Shown here: positions 33,057 to 43,673 of the stretch, piece after piece
Numbering within the stretch: the stretch's first letter is position 1
Layout: every line of letters begins with the position of its first letter
Assembly (NCBI GenBank): GCA_025830695.1
Contig: GCA_025830695.1_4111.2
DNA: 64,000 nucleotides
Reading direction: 5' to 3' (one strand)
Source: a phage
Position numbers and translations under genes: made by a program
The notes under the pieces: model-generated
Seen by the model: the letters and a program-made list of their open reading frames with translations, nothing else
What the model was told of the DNA's origin: nothing
The model's database searches: none

Positions 33057-33426
33057 GAGTACTGATAATATTAAGAGTTATACAAGCTCAAGTACTGTGA
33101 CAATCGAAGTAAATTCTATTAATGCTGGTAATGCATTAGATAAGTTCTTTATTGCTCAAGGGTACAGGAAAGATATTCATCAATATTGTTCAGTATATGG
33201 GGAGTACAATAGTACTGAAGATATAATTTATTGGTCAACACATCAAGATTATATAACTAAAATTGGCGTTCCAGATGTTAGTACTTTATCTGAAGAAGAA
33301 TACTTTCAGTACAGCTTAGTACATGATTTACCTATACCTTTAGGGTTAATTAAGGGTATGCAGGAAGAGGTTCATAAGCTTAAATCCATGAGTAAAGGTA
33401 CTTTCATTAGAACAGTGCAATACTAG
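33022..33426 (+). CDS. family C paralog (start uncertain)
   Basis: VSTLSEEEYFQYSLVHD. Confidence 0.55.
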   Translation: MVIMKNTSLSIKSTDNIKSYTSSSTVTIEVNSINAGNALDKFFIAQGYRKDIHQYCSVYGEYNSTEDIIYWSTHQDYITKIGVPDVSTLSEEEYFQYSLVHDLPIPLGLIKGMQEEVHKLKSMSKGTFIRTVQY

Positions 33427-33427
33427 C

Positions 33428-33456
33428 TTGACAGTACTTTTCATTACTGATATAGT
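33428..33456 (+). promoter_or_regulatory. internal promoter in family C array
   Basis: TTGACA 33428-33433, 17 bp, TATAGT 33451-33456. Confidence 0.5.
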
Positions 33457-33485
33457 ACACTAACGTTAATCATAGGGTAAAAATT

Positions 33486-33731
33486 ATGTTAAATTTTTTA
33501 AATTTCCTTATCGTCTTGTGTATTGTTCTTGGGATTGCACCATTTGTATTGTATTTCATGGATTCAGATGAAATGCAGAAGATGAATTGCACAAGGACAG
33601 GACAGAGTAGAGTAGAGACGATTCTTATGCCTGTTACGGTTATTGTTAACAACATGCCCATTACAAACATGGTCCCTACCCTAACGACAACGTACCAGTA
33701 CTCTTGTGCTGACGGAGAGAGGTGGAGATGA
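33486..33731 (+). CDS. small membrane protein (hydrophobic N-terminus), hypothetical
   Basis: MLNFLNFLIVLCIVLGIAPFVLYF; downstream of promoter 33428. Confidence 0.45.
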   Translation: MLNFLNFLIVLCIVLGIAPFVLYFMDSDEMQKMNCTRTGQSRVETILMPVTVIVNNMPITNMVPTLTTTYQYSCADGERWR

Positions 33732-34048
33732 AATTTAATATAGCAAAAACATCGAGTATATGTATTTTTGGTTATGCTGATGAGTTAGGTGATATTGACA
33801 TTCTTTTGTACAAAAAGGATGGTGTTATGCATTTCAAGTACCAGGATGAAGAGGCAGACAATTATCCTTTACCTAATTTAGTACAAATGCAGGAAGATGA
33901 ATTATTCCAGTACAGCTTAGTATACGACATTGATATTTGCACGATGCCAGTACTAATTAGTATTCAAAAAGTGATGCTCGATATGTATGATAAGCTAATA
34001 CAAGGTACATCAGGGAGAATCATTGAAATCGATATACAAGACAATTAA
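33722..34048 (+). CDS. family C paralog
   Basis: MQEDELFQYSLVYD. Confidence 0.6.
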   Translation: MEMKFNIAKTSSICIFGYADELGDIDILLYKKDGVMHFKYQDEEADNYPLPNLVQMQEDELFQYSLVYDIDICTMPVLISIQKVMLDMYDKLIQGTSGRIIEIDIQDN

Positions 34049-34241
34049 TCAAGAATGGAAGACCCAAAAGTACAGGGAATTCAACAGGAATTTTACAAAA
34101 GATGCATTGAATTTAAAAACAACAGAGTTTGATATGTTTATTTTTCTTGGAACACGTTCACAAGAACAATTTGTTCATTATTATATAAATTCGTTGCGAA
34201 CGGAGATAGTATGCAAAACACAGGGTATTATAAAAAGGTAA
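34023..34241 (+). CDS. family B paralog interleaved in family C array
   Basis: FLGTRSQEQFV. Confidence 0.55.
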   Translation: MKSIYKTINQEWKTQKYREFNRNFTKDALNLKTTEFDMFIFLGTRSQEQFVHYYINSLRTEIVCKTQGIIKR

Positions 34242-34477
34242 ACCAATATTTGTACGCTACAAAGTACAGGGATTTTTGTTTAAAGGGTGGTGATGAAGAT
34301 TTTTCTTTGCGATTATCAGAATTTAATCTGTTATTTTATCTTGGTACAAAAGAACAAGAAGAAATGGCACAGAAATTTATCAAGCACCTTTTACAAAAAA
34401 TTAATATGCAAATTTTGATGCTTAAGTTACAGAATGAGATAAATGAATATGAATCCAGAAATAGTTCAGGATCTTAA
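34211..34477 (+). CDS. family B paralog interleaved in family C array
   Basis: YLGTKEQEEMA. Confidence 0.55.
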   Translation: MQNTGYYKKVNQYLYATKYRDFCLKGGDEDFSLRLSEFNLLFYLGTKEQEEMAQKFIKHLLQKINMQILMLKLQNEINEYESRNSSGS

Positions 34478-34835
34478 AAAAGTAATATTTCTTTTGAATA
34501 CCAGAAGTGAATTGTATACAGAGTTAAAAGAGATTAATGCATTTTATCAGAATTTTGTAATCCAAGAGATCAGTGATTTAATTACAGATGCATTATTTGA
34601 ATTATCGGAGAAATACAAAGGTTCAGAGTTCAGTGTTAAGAATGTTATTCGTCCAAGTGCAAGGAAAATTATATTATCACATTTTACATTTGACAATAAA
34701 GATTTATTCAGTCATAATCCAAGTACAGCTTTATATTTTATTCCTGATTCAGACAAAAATCATCCTATTCATTACGGATGGATTTTGTCATATATAGTAC
34801 AAGGAAAGGAGTATCCTATTAAATGGAAAGATTAG
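34443..34835 (+). CDS. hypothetical protein (130 aa), no family motif
   Basis: ORF track. Confidence 0.5.
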   Translation: MNMNPEIVQDLKKVIFLLNTRSELYTELKEINAFYQNFVIQEISDLITDALFELSEKYKGSEFSVKNVIRPSARKIILSHFTFDNKDLFSHNPSTALYFIPDSDKNHPIHYGWILSYIVQGKEYPIKWKD

Positions 34836-34983
34836 GGCGATTAGATTATTACACAATTAATACAAATTATTTGTTGCGTAATATAAAATCCGATTACAAA
34901 ATATGGATAAAGAACAGAGATAGCATGTGTTATGAATTTTATTTAGATTATGCTATCAAACGATTTTTAAGAGAAGAACATTA

Positions 34984-35187
34984 ATGCAAAAGATTAATAC
35001 GATAACATTAAATGCATTACAGGATTCATTATTAGATAGTATTAAGATGTATTACAATATACATTTGAAGGGTGGTATTGATAATTACGATTATTATTTG
35101 AGTTTAATTACATTTGAGCACCTTTCAGTACAGGACAGGATTTTACATCCTACAAATCCTAGGTATCCATCGATAGGTAAATTATGA
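34984..35187 (+). CDS. hypothetical protein (67 aa)
   Basis: ORF track. Confidence 0.45.
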   Translation: MQKINTITLNALQDSLLDSIKMYYNIHLKGGIDNYDYYLSLITFEHLSVQDRILHPTNPRYPSIGKL

Positions 35188-35732
35188 ATGAGATAGAGTT
35201 ATTAGCACACAAGATAAGTACAATAATGCTTATCCTCAATAACAACCATCCTATATCGCATATAGATGGAATCCTGAGTCAGAGGACAGGTGGTAGTTTA
35301 TATTTGTCCATAAACGCAGATATCGCAAGGAAATACATTGATATTGATGTTGAAATCGAATATGATACAACGGGGATTGTTGATGTAGGTGCATTAATCA
35401 GTTCAAATCCAGTATCAGCATCCCCATTGACCAAAGATGTTAGTACAGGATTCGAAGGATATTTGTGGTACAATACCAATGATGATTATTTTATATATCA
35501 GCATTCCAATACAAATTATGATGAAGACAAATTTCAGTTCATAGACCCTTATGATGAAGCTGAAGTATTTCAAAAATCATTAATCACAAAACCGCATGAG
35601 ATGATGTATCTAATGTTATTCAGTACAATGCATTTGAATCCATTAATTAAAGGTTTAAAATTTTATATTCAATTAAATTTAGTCCATGTAGTTTATGATT
35701 TATTAATGCAAGGATATAGTTATGAAGTATAA
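35184..35732 (+). CDS. family C paralog
   Basis: DEAEVFQKSLI. Confidence 0.55.
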   Translation: MNEIELLAHKISTIMLILNNNHPISHIDGILSQRTGGSLYLSINADIARKYIDIDVEIEYDTTGIVDVGALISSNPVSASPLTKDVSTGFEGYLWYNTNDDYFIYQHSNTNYDEDKFQFIDPYDEAEVFQKSLITKPHEMMYLMLFSTMHLNPLIKGLKFYIQLNLVHVVYDLLMQGYSYEV

Positions 35733-36033
35733 AATGATGTATACCCCAGATATGATTTATGTTGAATTAGAAGATGATGACGATGGGTGGAATTTGATTT
35801 ATTCAAGAAGTTCAGGTTGGTACATGGCACATTTAAATGATTCGATAGTTACAGATTATTTTGTAGATTTCAATACATTATCCGATGAAGAATTGTTCCA
35901 ACAGCAATTAGTGATTGACACGGGTGGTTATGATGTCTTATTATTAAAAAAGATACAGAAAGCTGTTATTGATTTTAAGCCCATGATATGGCAAAGGAAA
36001 TATTATGACCTCGAAGTACCGTACCAGCAATGA
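35722..36033 (+). CDS. family C paralog
   Basis: LSDEELFQQQLVID. Confidence 0.6.
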   Translation: MKYKMMYTPDMIYVELEDDDDGWNLIYSRSSGWYMAHLNDSIVTDYFVDFNTLSDEELFQQQLVIDTGGYDVLLLKKIQKAVIDFKPMIWQRKYYDLEVPYQQ

Positions 36034-36571
36034 AATTCAGTACACCTACGCTAATGCAATCCTTATGGGACAAAAGTTAGCTTGTATTGTTGCATCCTTA
36101 TATAATGCCCAGAAATATCACAAGCGTCATTTCCACAAATGTATTGGTATTATTCCATCGAAGTACAATACATATATTGCGTGCACGAGTCATTTTGATA
36201 AACGATTCAATACACCAGATATACCAAATGCCCGTAGTGTTATTGGTCTTTTGGATTTCGCACCTGGTGCTGTTATTGGAAAGAATGATTTAGAGTACGC
36301 ATGGTATAATAAAAATTCCCCATTAGTAATGGTAACATATGATAAAGAAACGAACAAAACAATAGAGTACAATACATATAAATCAGAGGAAGAATTTTTC
36401 CAAGGTTCAATGCTTGTACCAGTGCGTTTGTTATTTTATAATGTCATAATGAGTACAGTACACAATAGTCCATTACACAAGAATCACAAAATTAATTTCA
36501 ATTTTTGTGCTTATGCGATTGATGGTGTGTATGAGTGTTTAATGGAGGTATTGAGTTATGAAGCTGAATAA
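36005..36571 (+). CDS. family C paralog
   Basis: SEEEFFQGSMLV. Confidence 0.55.
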   Translation: MTSKYRTSNEIQYTYANAILMGQKLACIVASLYNAQKYHKRHFHKCIGIIPSKYNTYIACTSHFDKRFNTPDIPNARSVIGLLDFAPGAVIGKNDLEYAWYNKNSPLVMVTYDKETNKTIEYNTYKSEEEFFQGSMLVPVRLLFYNVIMSTVHNSPLHKNHKINFNFCAYAIDGVYECLMEVLSYEAE

Positions 36572-36899
36572 TACATTTGATATTAATAAGTTAAGAGAAT
36601 GGTTTTATAGTATTGAAATTGAAGCCATCCCGTATCATAGATATGAACAATATAATTTAACCAGTATTGATATCCGTGAGTTGTACGCGTATTATCAAAG
36701 TGCATTAGAGATGCATAAGATATTTTTGAGTACAGATTTTGTTCTAAATTACAATTTTGAGGAATTTAATAATTATAATTTAGTACAGAAATATGTAGTA
36801 GCAAAGTACATGTACCTTCAAGGAATTACAAGTATAGTTGAATTTAATACAGTTCTTGCTTTAGTTGAGGTAATTTTATGCAGTACATGTATGATTTAG
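36558..36899 (+). CDS. hypothetical protein (113 aa), motif not evident
   Basis: ORF track. Confidence 0.45.
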   Translation: MKLNNTFDINKLREWFYSIEIEAIPYHRYEQYNLTSIDIRELYAYYQSALEMHKIFLSTDFVLNYNFEEFNNYNLVQKYVVAKYMYLQGITSIVEFNTVLALVEVILCSTCMI

Positions 36900-37384
36900 A
36901 GTTCAGCTTAGATGCTGCATTTAAATATGTTCACAAGATAGAAACAATATACAGTACATTATGTGCAATAAAATCAGTAACAGAAGAGCTTGATGTTGGT
37001 GAAAAATATCAGGTATGGAATAATACATTTTTAAATAAAGAACGTTGCTCTACGGGGTTTAATATTTTAACATTTAATCCCAGCAATTGTTACCCAGAGA
37101 AGCATGAACGTTATCCGAATGACGACATGTGGTTTGAGTACAAAGAAGATTGTGATATGTCGTTCATTGAAGTTCCTGATGATTTTAATGCACAAGATTT
37201 AACAGACGAGTGGTGGTTCCAGCAGAATTTAGTCCACGATGATATTGATTTATTTTTTTATGTAGTATTTAAAATGCTTTATCACAACAATATAGTACAA
37301 GATAGTGTATTTTTTTCATGTCTATATATTGATGATTTGTACAATGAAATTCAAATCAACATGCCCATAACGCCTGTATCGTAA
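36878..37384 (+). CDS. family C paralog
   Basis: TDEWWFQQNLVHD. Confidence 0.55.
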   Translation: MQYMYDLEFSLDAAFKYVHKIETIYSTLCAIKSVTEELDVGEKYQVWNNTFLNKERCSTGFNILTFNPSNCYPEKHERYPNDDMWFEYKEDCDMSFIEVPDDFNAQDLTDEWWFQQNLVHDDIDLFFYVVFKMLYHNNIVQDSVFFSCLYIDDLYNEIQINMPITPVS

Positions 37385-37409
37385 GATATGGGCTTTTTTC
37401 GTTTTGGTA

Positions 37410-37438
37410 TTGACATAGAAGACCAAAGCTGTTATCAT
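37410..37438 (+). promoter_or_regulatory. internal promoter in family C array
   Basis: TTGACA 37410-37415, 17 bp, TATCAT 37433-37438. Confidence 0.5.
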
Positions 37439-37466
37439 GTGTATTCATTTTAAAGGAGAACATATA

Positions 37467-37979
37467 GTGAGTTTCATAATCCCAAGTACATACGAAGATG
37501 CATCAAGTGCAGTTCATAAGATTCATTATATTTTTAATTTAATTATTAAATCTGCAAAAATTAAAATGTATGCACCTCTTGTGACAAATAATCGAAATGA
37601 AGAAATTTTTATTAGCACAGACAAAATTATTTTTCCATATTTCAATGAAGATAGATTGTGGTTCATACATTTAGCTGCATTACAAAAATATAAGATGTCA
37701 ATTCGTAATAATTTGGTTATACCGTTATATCATCCCGATATTGGAGAGGATGAGTATTTTCAGTACAGCACAGTACACCGCCATGAAGATATCTTTGCTG
37801 CTATGCTTATTGCTAAATTGAACACCGTTGATTTGGAGCAGTACAAATACAATAATAAATCATGTAAGATCATAATCCCTGCATTCATAGCTCTTTATGA
37901 TTATGTGGTGCATAACATAAAAGATGATACATATGCTTTCAATGAAGAGTATTTGGATTTTTTTAAGGAGAACATATGA
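37467..37979 (+). CDS. family C paralog (probable GTG start)
   Basis: SD AAGGAG then GTG 37467; GEDEYFQYSTVHRHED; track ORF 37437..37979. Confidence 0.5.
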   Translation: MSFIIPSTYEDASSAVHKIHYIFNLIIKSAKIKMYAPLVTNNRNEEIFISTDKIIFPYFNEDRLWFIHLAALQKYKMSIRNNLVIPLYHPDIGEDEYFQYSTVHRHEDIFAAMLIAKLNTVDLEQYKYNNKSCKIIIPAFIALYDYVVHNIKDDTYAFNEEYLDFFKENI

Positions 37980-38515
37980 GCAGTACAACAGTATCAAAAG
38001 TACAGAAAGCAATGTCATTCAATGAAATTGGTACATTTAAAGATAAGATCATTGATTGCCTTGAATACATGATTTGTAGTAATATCGAAAGTATCGAGAT
38101 ATTTAACAAGACAAATCGCTCTTACCATATGATGTACATTGCAAACAATAATGGTATCATTCCATTTATTTCGGATAGTACAATATGGTACGCATGTGAT
38201 ACGAAAAAAACCACAATAGGTTTACATTTATTTGAGACACATTATGATCTAATTATTCCTGAACATTGTATGCAAGAAGAAGAATATTTTCAAATGCAAT
38301 GTATACATTCACCATTAGTGTTGTTTAGTTTATATATTATACCTTATATCACCAAATGTGTTCATGACAATAAAGCTCCGTGGAATCATGAATTTGTATC
38401 GTTGAAGTTATTGTATAATGTATTAGTAGAATATTATGATTACAGGCACAATGGTACAATCAGTGATGTATGGGATTTTGAATCGCTAAGGGTGAAAACA
38501 TACACAGGTGAATGA
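37976..38515 (+). CDS. family C paralog
   Basis: QEEEYFQMQCIH; initiation region duplicates that of 37467 gene. Confidence 0.55.
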   Translation: MSSTTVSKVQKAMSFNEIGTFKDKIIDCLEYMICSNIESIEIFNKTNRSYHMMYIANNNGIIPFISDSTIWYACDTKKTTIGLHLFETHYDLIIPEHCMQEEEYFQMQCIHSPLVLFSLYIIPYITKCVHDNKAPWNHEFVSLKLLYNVLVEYYDYRHNGTISDVWDFESLRVKTYTGE

Positions 38516-39131
38516 TATGACCAGAATTAAAATGTATGATTTGATGCAGTACAGTAAAATTGCCATTCCAGTGCTTAATAAAGTGCTGGATGCATTCATT
38601 GCCAAATACCCTGAGAATTCAGTGTTATGTATTCCATTTAGTGTTCCAGATAAAGATGATATATTCCAAGTGAATGTCAGTACACGTGGTATTACATTAC
38701 AGCAGAAATACATGGATACGGAATATTATGGAATAAAGTTGGATTCAGTACAGGGTTCAAAATCAGCCTATGATTTTTTTGTTCCTAATAATATAGAGTC
38801 ATGGGAAACAAACATTTCAAAGAAAGATGAAAATGATGTTCCTATTAGTGGTGTGTTCAACAATAAAGTTTTTTATTATTACGAAACCGACAAATTCCCT
38901 GAAGAGTTATATTACAATTCAGAAATGAATGAAGATGTAGATGCATTCATGTTTCAATTATCTTTAGTACATGATATCATTGATGTTCAAGAGTTAAGAG
39001 CAGAAATCAATTTAGCTAAAGAGTTATCGGACATGCTGCCACCGTTTAGTATGCTTTTTTGTGAAGGTGGTTATTTTTCAAAAGAAGTGTTTGAACATTT
39101 CGTAGATGTTGTAAAAGGGTTGGATATATAG
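38508..39131 (+). CDS. family C paralog
   Basis: DVDAFMFQLSLVHD. Confidence 0.55.
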   Translation: MNDMTRIKMYDLMQYSKIAIPVLNKVLDAFIAKYPENSVLCIPFSVPDKDDIFQVNVSTRGITLQQKYMDTEYYGIKLDSVQGSKSAYDFFVPNNIESWETNISKKDENDVPISGVFNNKVFYYYETDKFPEELYYNSEMNEDVDAFMFQLSLVHDIIDVQELRAEINLAKELSDMLPPFSMLFCEGGYFSKEVFEHFVDVVKGLDI

Positions 39132-39132
39132 T

Positions 39133-39327
39133 ATGCTTACAGTTGATGTTAAACAAAAATACCGTAAGTTTGATTGGTTCACCGACAGCTTCCAGCTTGA
39201 ATTATTACATTTGAATATCTGTGAAACATTATGTGCAGAAACACAAGATGAATTTGATGATAGAGTGATGAACATAGTAATGCTTTCTTGCTTTAAACAT
39301 TTTGGTTATTTTTTCGGACAGAATTGA
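39133..39327 (+). CDS. hypothetical small protein (64 aa)
   Basis: ORF track. Confidence 0.4.
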   Translation: MLTVDVKQKYRKFDWFTDSFQLELLHLNICETLCAETQDEFDDRVMNIVMLSCFKHFGYFFGQN

Positions 39328-39335
39328 GGTAAAAA

Positions 39336-39851
39336 ATGCATCAACACAAGCATCATTCATATGATTTTGCAATTAACATTATGAAGTTCATTCGAGCGTT
39401 GGAGGATGGGAAGCTTAGTCATAAGTACACCAAAGTAGGTGACAATTGGTTCAGAAATGATGATGAGTTCAGAAGTCATAAGATTGTTTACAGCAATAAT
39501 TACAGTGCCAATTACCTACAAGATGTAGTGATGTGTTTTGAATACGTGTTGCAGTTCAGGGGTTCAATCCAGGATGAGTTGATGGAGCACATGTACATCC
39601 GATACCTTCCAATGCTCAAAGATGAAAATGTATTATTAAATTCAATATACCAACGAGTTCGTGAAATTGAGTGCAGGGATATATTAGATACAGAAGAATC
39701 GTATTTCCAGCAATCCCTGATTTATGCACCTGATTTATTACAGGTACATAATTTGTTTAATACATTACGTCAAAACATCAGTACAGACATATTTTTGTCA
39801 TTATCGAATTATGATACATTTGTCAAAGATTTAGAGGAAATAGGTTTATGA
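39336..39851 (+). CDS. family C paralog
   Basis: TEESYFQQSLIYAPD. Confidence 0.6.
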   Translation: MHQHKHHSYDFAINIMKFIRALEDGKLSHKYTKVGDNWFRNDDEFRSHKIVYSNNYSANYLQDVVMCFEYVLQFRGSIQDELMEHMYIRYLPMLKDENVLLNSIYQRVREIECRDILDTEESYFQQSLIYAPDLLQVHNLFNTLRQNISTDIFLSLSNYDTFVKDLEEIGL

Positions 39852-40192
39852 GTCGATTTTCGGTTTATATAGTAAACGTCAGTAAAGATGGTAGTTTAAT
39901 TGAATTTGATGTAGTTGATAACAATGATAATTCATATGGTATTAAGGTACAGGACAATGATGTACAGTTCAGTACAAGGACAAATTTTGAGAATCCAGTC
40001 CAAGTTCCGAATTTCATAGAAGATGAAGCTGCACGATTCCAATACGAAACGGCATATGACAATGTACATATGCATATTATTATGCAAACGAGTTTAGTTC
40101 AATTAGTTCCTTTGTTCAGACAAAATATATATGTACATGAAGTGTCGATTAATGGCATTCAAAGTTCCGTTTTGTTCGGTACAAATATGTAA
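39848..40192 (+). CDS. family C-like paralog (degenerate motif)
   Basis: DEAARFQYETAYD. Confidence 0.5.
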   Translation: MSRFSVYIVNVSKDGSLIEFDVVDNNDNSYGIKVQDNDVQFSTRTNFENPVQVPNFIEDEAARFQYETAYDNVHMHIIMQTSLVQLVPLFRQNIYVHEVSINGIQSSVLFGTNM

Positions 40193-40202
40193 GGAAAGTA
40201 CA

Positions 40203-40754
40203 ATGAGTTCAATGAGTTTATTAGATACATTAGAAAAAGACAGAAGTGCAATTAAGCGTTTAAAAGAGCAAGTACAAAAGATTGTATACAACGTTGATAA
40301 GTTTGAAGTCCCAGGAAGATTTGGTGATATTTCCCATACGGAGATCAAATCCCTTAAGTCAGATTTGTTGATTAAAAATAAAAATGGGTTGATTTTAGTT
40401 TTGAGTTCAGATATGATGGGGGCAACACATAGTTATAATGCAGTATCGGTGCGTTCAGAGTGTGAAGGTATATATCTATCACAGGGTTTCAATAGCGAGA
40501 CACAGGTTTGTTTTTGTGATGCAGTACATGACCCTATGAAGTTCACGAGAAGTGAAGCCCAAGCGTTATTAGAGCTATCAGACGAGAGTTTGTTTCAGTA
40601 CAGTACAATGTATGACAATGATAAGCTTCGTTGTATGTACGCTGTAAAGCATTATACACAGGAGTTTTCTGGATTTGCATACCTTTTAGTTAGAACCAAT
40701 ACCAGATATATTGATATGTTAGAAGATTACATCGATAAAGTTGTTAATGTATGA
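40203..40754 (+). CDS. family C paralog
   Basis: track ORF trimmed to MSSMSLLD (SD AAGGAAAG); SDESLFQYSTMYD. Confidence 0.55.
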   Translation: MSSMSLLDTLEKDRSAIKRLKEQVQKIVYNVDKFEVPGRFGDISHTEIKSLKSDLLIKNKNGLILVLSSDMMGATHSYNAVSVRSECEGIYLSQGFNSETQVCFCDAVHDPMKFTRSEAQALLELSDESLFQYSTMYDNDKLRCMYAVKHYTQEFSGFAYLLVRTNTRYIDMLEDYIDKVVNV

Positions 40755-40936
40755 TGTATGATTATGGGATGGGATAATGCTGATGAAAGAGTTATTTGAA
40801 GATCAGTTCAATACATATGTGGATAATATTCTTTATTCCAGCCGTGCTAGTCAACGAGGAAATCGTGCTTACAATATAGATTACCTATTAGTGGTGCTGA
40901 GTTCACAGTACACCAATGCGGTACAAAGGGTTTATT

Positions 40937-41146
40937 ATGAAAAGTGCAAGTAATAGTGATATTGCAAAGGAGAAGTTCAAGTGCAGTTTAGATTTTGGGT
41001 TAAATGATTTTCTGACATGCACAATGTACAGGAATGATGATTATGAGCAATCCGTAATTTCGTTGCACAGATATTTCGAAATAATTTACGCAAGATATCT
41101 TAGAAGGTTAGAGGGAATAGGGGATTGGAATTATGATTACGTTTGA
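40937..41146 (+). CDS. hypothetical small protein
   Basis: track ORF 40916..41146 trimmed to MKSASNSD; region 40760-41550 looks degraded. Confidence 0.3.
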   Translation: MKSASNSDIAKEKFKCSLDFGLNDFLTCTMYRNDDYEQSVISLHRYFEIIYARYLRRLEGIGDWNYDYV

Positions 41147-41552
41147 AGAGCCGGAAGTGGCATATTGCTTTAGTGTGAAAGGTTTTGAATTCATGATGGA
41201 TTCTATTTTGAAGGATACATATTTGGTTCAGATTGCAGTTCCAGATAATACAGATAATGCATTACAGTGAGTATTGAATATATACGAGAGGACGAGTCGA
41301 AGGCTTTGTGCAATGAAAAGGATTGAAGAAATCAAGCTTTCTATGCTGAATAAATAGAGACGTTTCATTTTGACAGGCCGCAGGGGGTCAAAAAAATTTC
41401 CGCTGAAAAACATGCTAAGGTATATGTTTAATATAAAGTTTTATATTGTGTTTTTCAGAGTACAGTTCATGTTTCTTGAAACAAAAAATACCCCGCCGCC
41501 GAACGTTCTCCTTATATTGGAGTTTACCTTATTAATTATAGTAGAGATTAAG

Positions 41553-41930
41553 ATGGAAATAAAATATAATGAATTTTGTGCAAGGACATGGATGTACACT
41601 GGTGAGTTAGTTACGCACTCTAACTTATACAAGGGTGATTTAAACTACGCTAGGGACAAGATTTTAAAGTACTGGAATGCTGACTTTTATTTGATGGATT
41701 TTAGTACTGGGTTTAGGGGTAAAGCAACCGAGATGTTGGACTATACAGTACTTGATGATGCTGCACTGTTTCAGGCGGCATTAGTATTTGATAAGAAGTA
41801 CATCTGTACATTAGAAGAGATGATTGAATTACAGCGTAGAATTAAATGTATTCACAGAGAATGTATAGACATCTGGTGCAGTACTGGTGAAGATGATTTT
41901 TGTAATCATTTCAATCTAGGGGAAGAGTGA
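41553..41930 (+). CDS. family C paralog
   Basis: track ORF trimmed to MEIKYNEF (SD GAGATTAAG); LDDAALFQAALVFDKKY. Confidence 0.55.
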   Translation: MEIKYNEFCARTWMYTGELVTHSNLYKGDLNYARDKILKYWNADFYLMDFSTGFRGKATEMLDYTVLDDAALFQAALVFDKKYICTLEEMIELQRRIKCIHRECIDIWCSTGEDDFCNHFNLGEE

Positions 41931-42091
41931 TGGAATTTGATTTTTTAATATCAGTACATTCTTTTAAGCACAGTTATCAGTACTTTTGTAATTTAAACAA
42001 AGGTGATTTGATTATGGATACAGATACAGAGGCTGTATACAGTTCTAATATTCTGTACAAATTCAGTACTAATCTGAAGGAGATTTTATGA
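41930..42091 (+). pseudogene. truncated duplicate of the N-terminus of 42459..42815
   Basis: 53-codon ORF MEFDFLISVHSFKHSYQYFCNLNKGDL... matches the first 27 aa of the 42459 gene then diverges and stops. Confidence 0.5.
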
Positions 42092-42459
42092 AAAAAGAAA
42101 TTAGAATTCAATTCGGTATGAGGAAAAAAGAGGTCATCTGTACACTGAATCATGCGGTCGTGGAAAGCCTTGGTGGTGCATTACAAAAATTCTCCCATTT
42201 TGTTCTTGTACTATATGAAAATGGGTCTTTTAAAATCTTCACATATGATGATTCAAAAAATTACCGTAATGATTTTGTAAATCTGACAGTACTGTCAGAA
42301 GAGGAATTCTTTCAGGAAAGTACTGTCTGGAATTTACCAGGAGCACCAATTGAATACGTCCGTGCTACACAGGCAGAAATGATCAAAGTAATGCAGAACT
42401 ATCCAGAAGATTATATGACTAAGTTTCCTGAATCTATTTATGTAGAGGTTGAGTACTGA
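42088..42459 (+). CDS. family C paralog
   Basis: LSEEEFFQESTVWN. Confidence 0.6.
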   Translation: MKKEIRIQFGMRKKEVICTLNHAVVESLGGALQKFSHFVLVLYENGSFKIFTYDDSKNYRNDFVNLTVLSEEEFFQESTVWNLPGAPIEYVRATQAEMIKVMQNYPEDYMTKFPESIYVEVEY

Positions 42460-42815
42460 TGGAATTTGATTTTTTAATATCAGTACATACTTTCAAGCAC
42501 AGTTATCAGTACTTTTGTAATTTAAACAAAGGTGATTTAATGCACAGTGCAAATGAGTATATTCATTACACTCAGGGTAAATTTACATTCATTGATTACA
42601 GTTCATTACAGTATCCACACCAAGATATGCCGGACTATACATTAATGGATACCGCAGAACTATTCCAAGAATCATTAGTATTTGATAAGAAGTACTTGTG
42701 TACATTTGAAGAAGTTATTGCAATACAAAATGAAATGAAAGAGTATGCTGCTTTGCATAAACCCAATGCAAGTATTAATCAAGAATACAAATTCAATTTA
42801 GGAATTCAAGAATGA
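42459..42815 (+). CDS. family C paralog
   Basis: MDTAELFQESLVFDKKY. Confidence 0.6.
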   Translation: MEFDFLISVHTFKHSYQYFCNLNKGDLMHSANEYIHYTQGKFTFIDYSSLQYPHQDMPDYTLMDTAELFQESLVFDKKYLCTFEEVIAIQNEMKEYAALHKPNASINQEYKFNLGIQE

Positions 42816-43171
42816 CATATGATTATTCTATGTACTATTATAAGTTACCTAAAGGATGGGACTTGTGCTGTAATCTTATTAAGGGCGACTCGGAACATGA
42901 GTTGAGTTTATATATGCATTACAAAGATTCTTGTTTTAAATTTATTCATGTATCACATGACGACTATGACTATGAATCTGAGAGTCTTATAGATTATACA
43001 GTACTGGACGATGGTGAACTATTTCAGGCTGCATTAGTGTTTGATAAGAATAAGTACTCCTGTACATTTGAAGAAATGGTTTCTTTGCAAAATGAAATGA
43101 AGAGATTTGAAAAAGAAAACGTATTTAATCCATCCCCATCAAGAACGAATAATTATTATTTCAATATATGA
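42812..43171 (+). CDS. family C paralog
   Basis: LDDGELFQAALVFDKNKY. Confidence 0.6.
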   Translation: MTYDYSMYYYKLPKGWDLCCNLIKGDSEHELSLYMHYKDSCFKFIHVSHDDYDYESESLIDYTVLDDGELFQAALVFDKNKYSCTFEEMVSLQNEMKRFEKENVFNPSPSRTNNYYFNI

Positions 43172-43180
43172 GATTATAAA

Positions 43181-43672
43181 ATGACATTACAGAGTTCATT
43201 GGAAAAAGCAAAGAAGATTCATGAGTACATGAATATGGCAAAAGAAGGTTCAGTTTACGGTGTTTTCAAAGACACAAGTACTCAATATTATGTACCGGAT
43301 AACCTCCTTTATAATGACTGCTCAGATACAGAAACGTGCGTACTGGATACAGAAACGTGCATACTAGATACCGACCCTAATGATTATGAATGCTTCATTA
43401 ATATGCATAATGAGTACATGGTCTATATTAATGATACAGATACCATCAACAGTACTGACAGCGATTCCAATGACATTATAATTCCGAGTGAAGTACTGGA
43501 AGGTCCGTGGGATAGTGAAGAGTATTACTTCCAACAAAGTACTGTATATGATAATGAAGTACTTGATGTTATTATAATTATGTGGTACTTTAAAAGTATT
43601 GGTTCTGGGAACTTCTATTTCGATTACAAATACGTAAAGAAAACTGTAGATAACGGTATTAACAGGGGTTGA
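43181..43672 (+). CDS. family C paralog (subfamily MSLQSALEKAKKIHEYM...GPWDSEEYYFQ...MWYFKS)
   Basis: first of five consecutive close paralogs. Confidence 0.65.
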   Translation: MTLQSSLEKAKKIHEYMNMAKEGSVYGVFKDTSTQYYVPDNLLYNDCSDTETCVLDTETCILDTDPNDYECFINMHNEYMVYINDTDTINSTDSDSNDIIIPSEVLEGPWDSEEYYFQQSTVYDNEVLDVIIIMWYFKSIGSGNFYFDYKYVKKTVDNGINRG

Positions 43673-43673
43673 A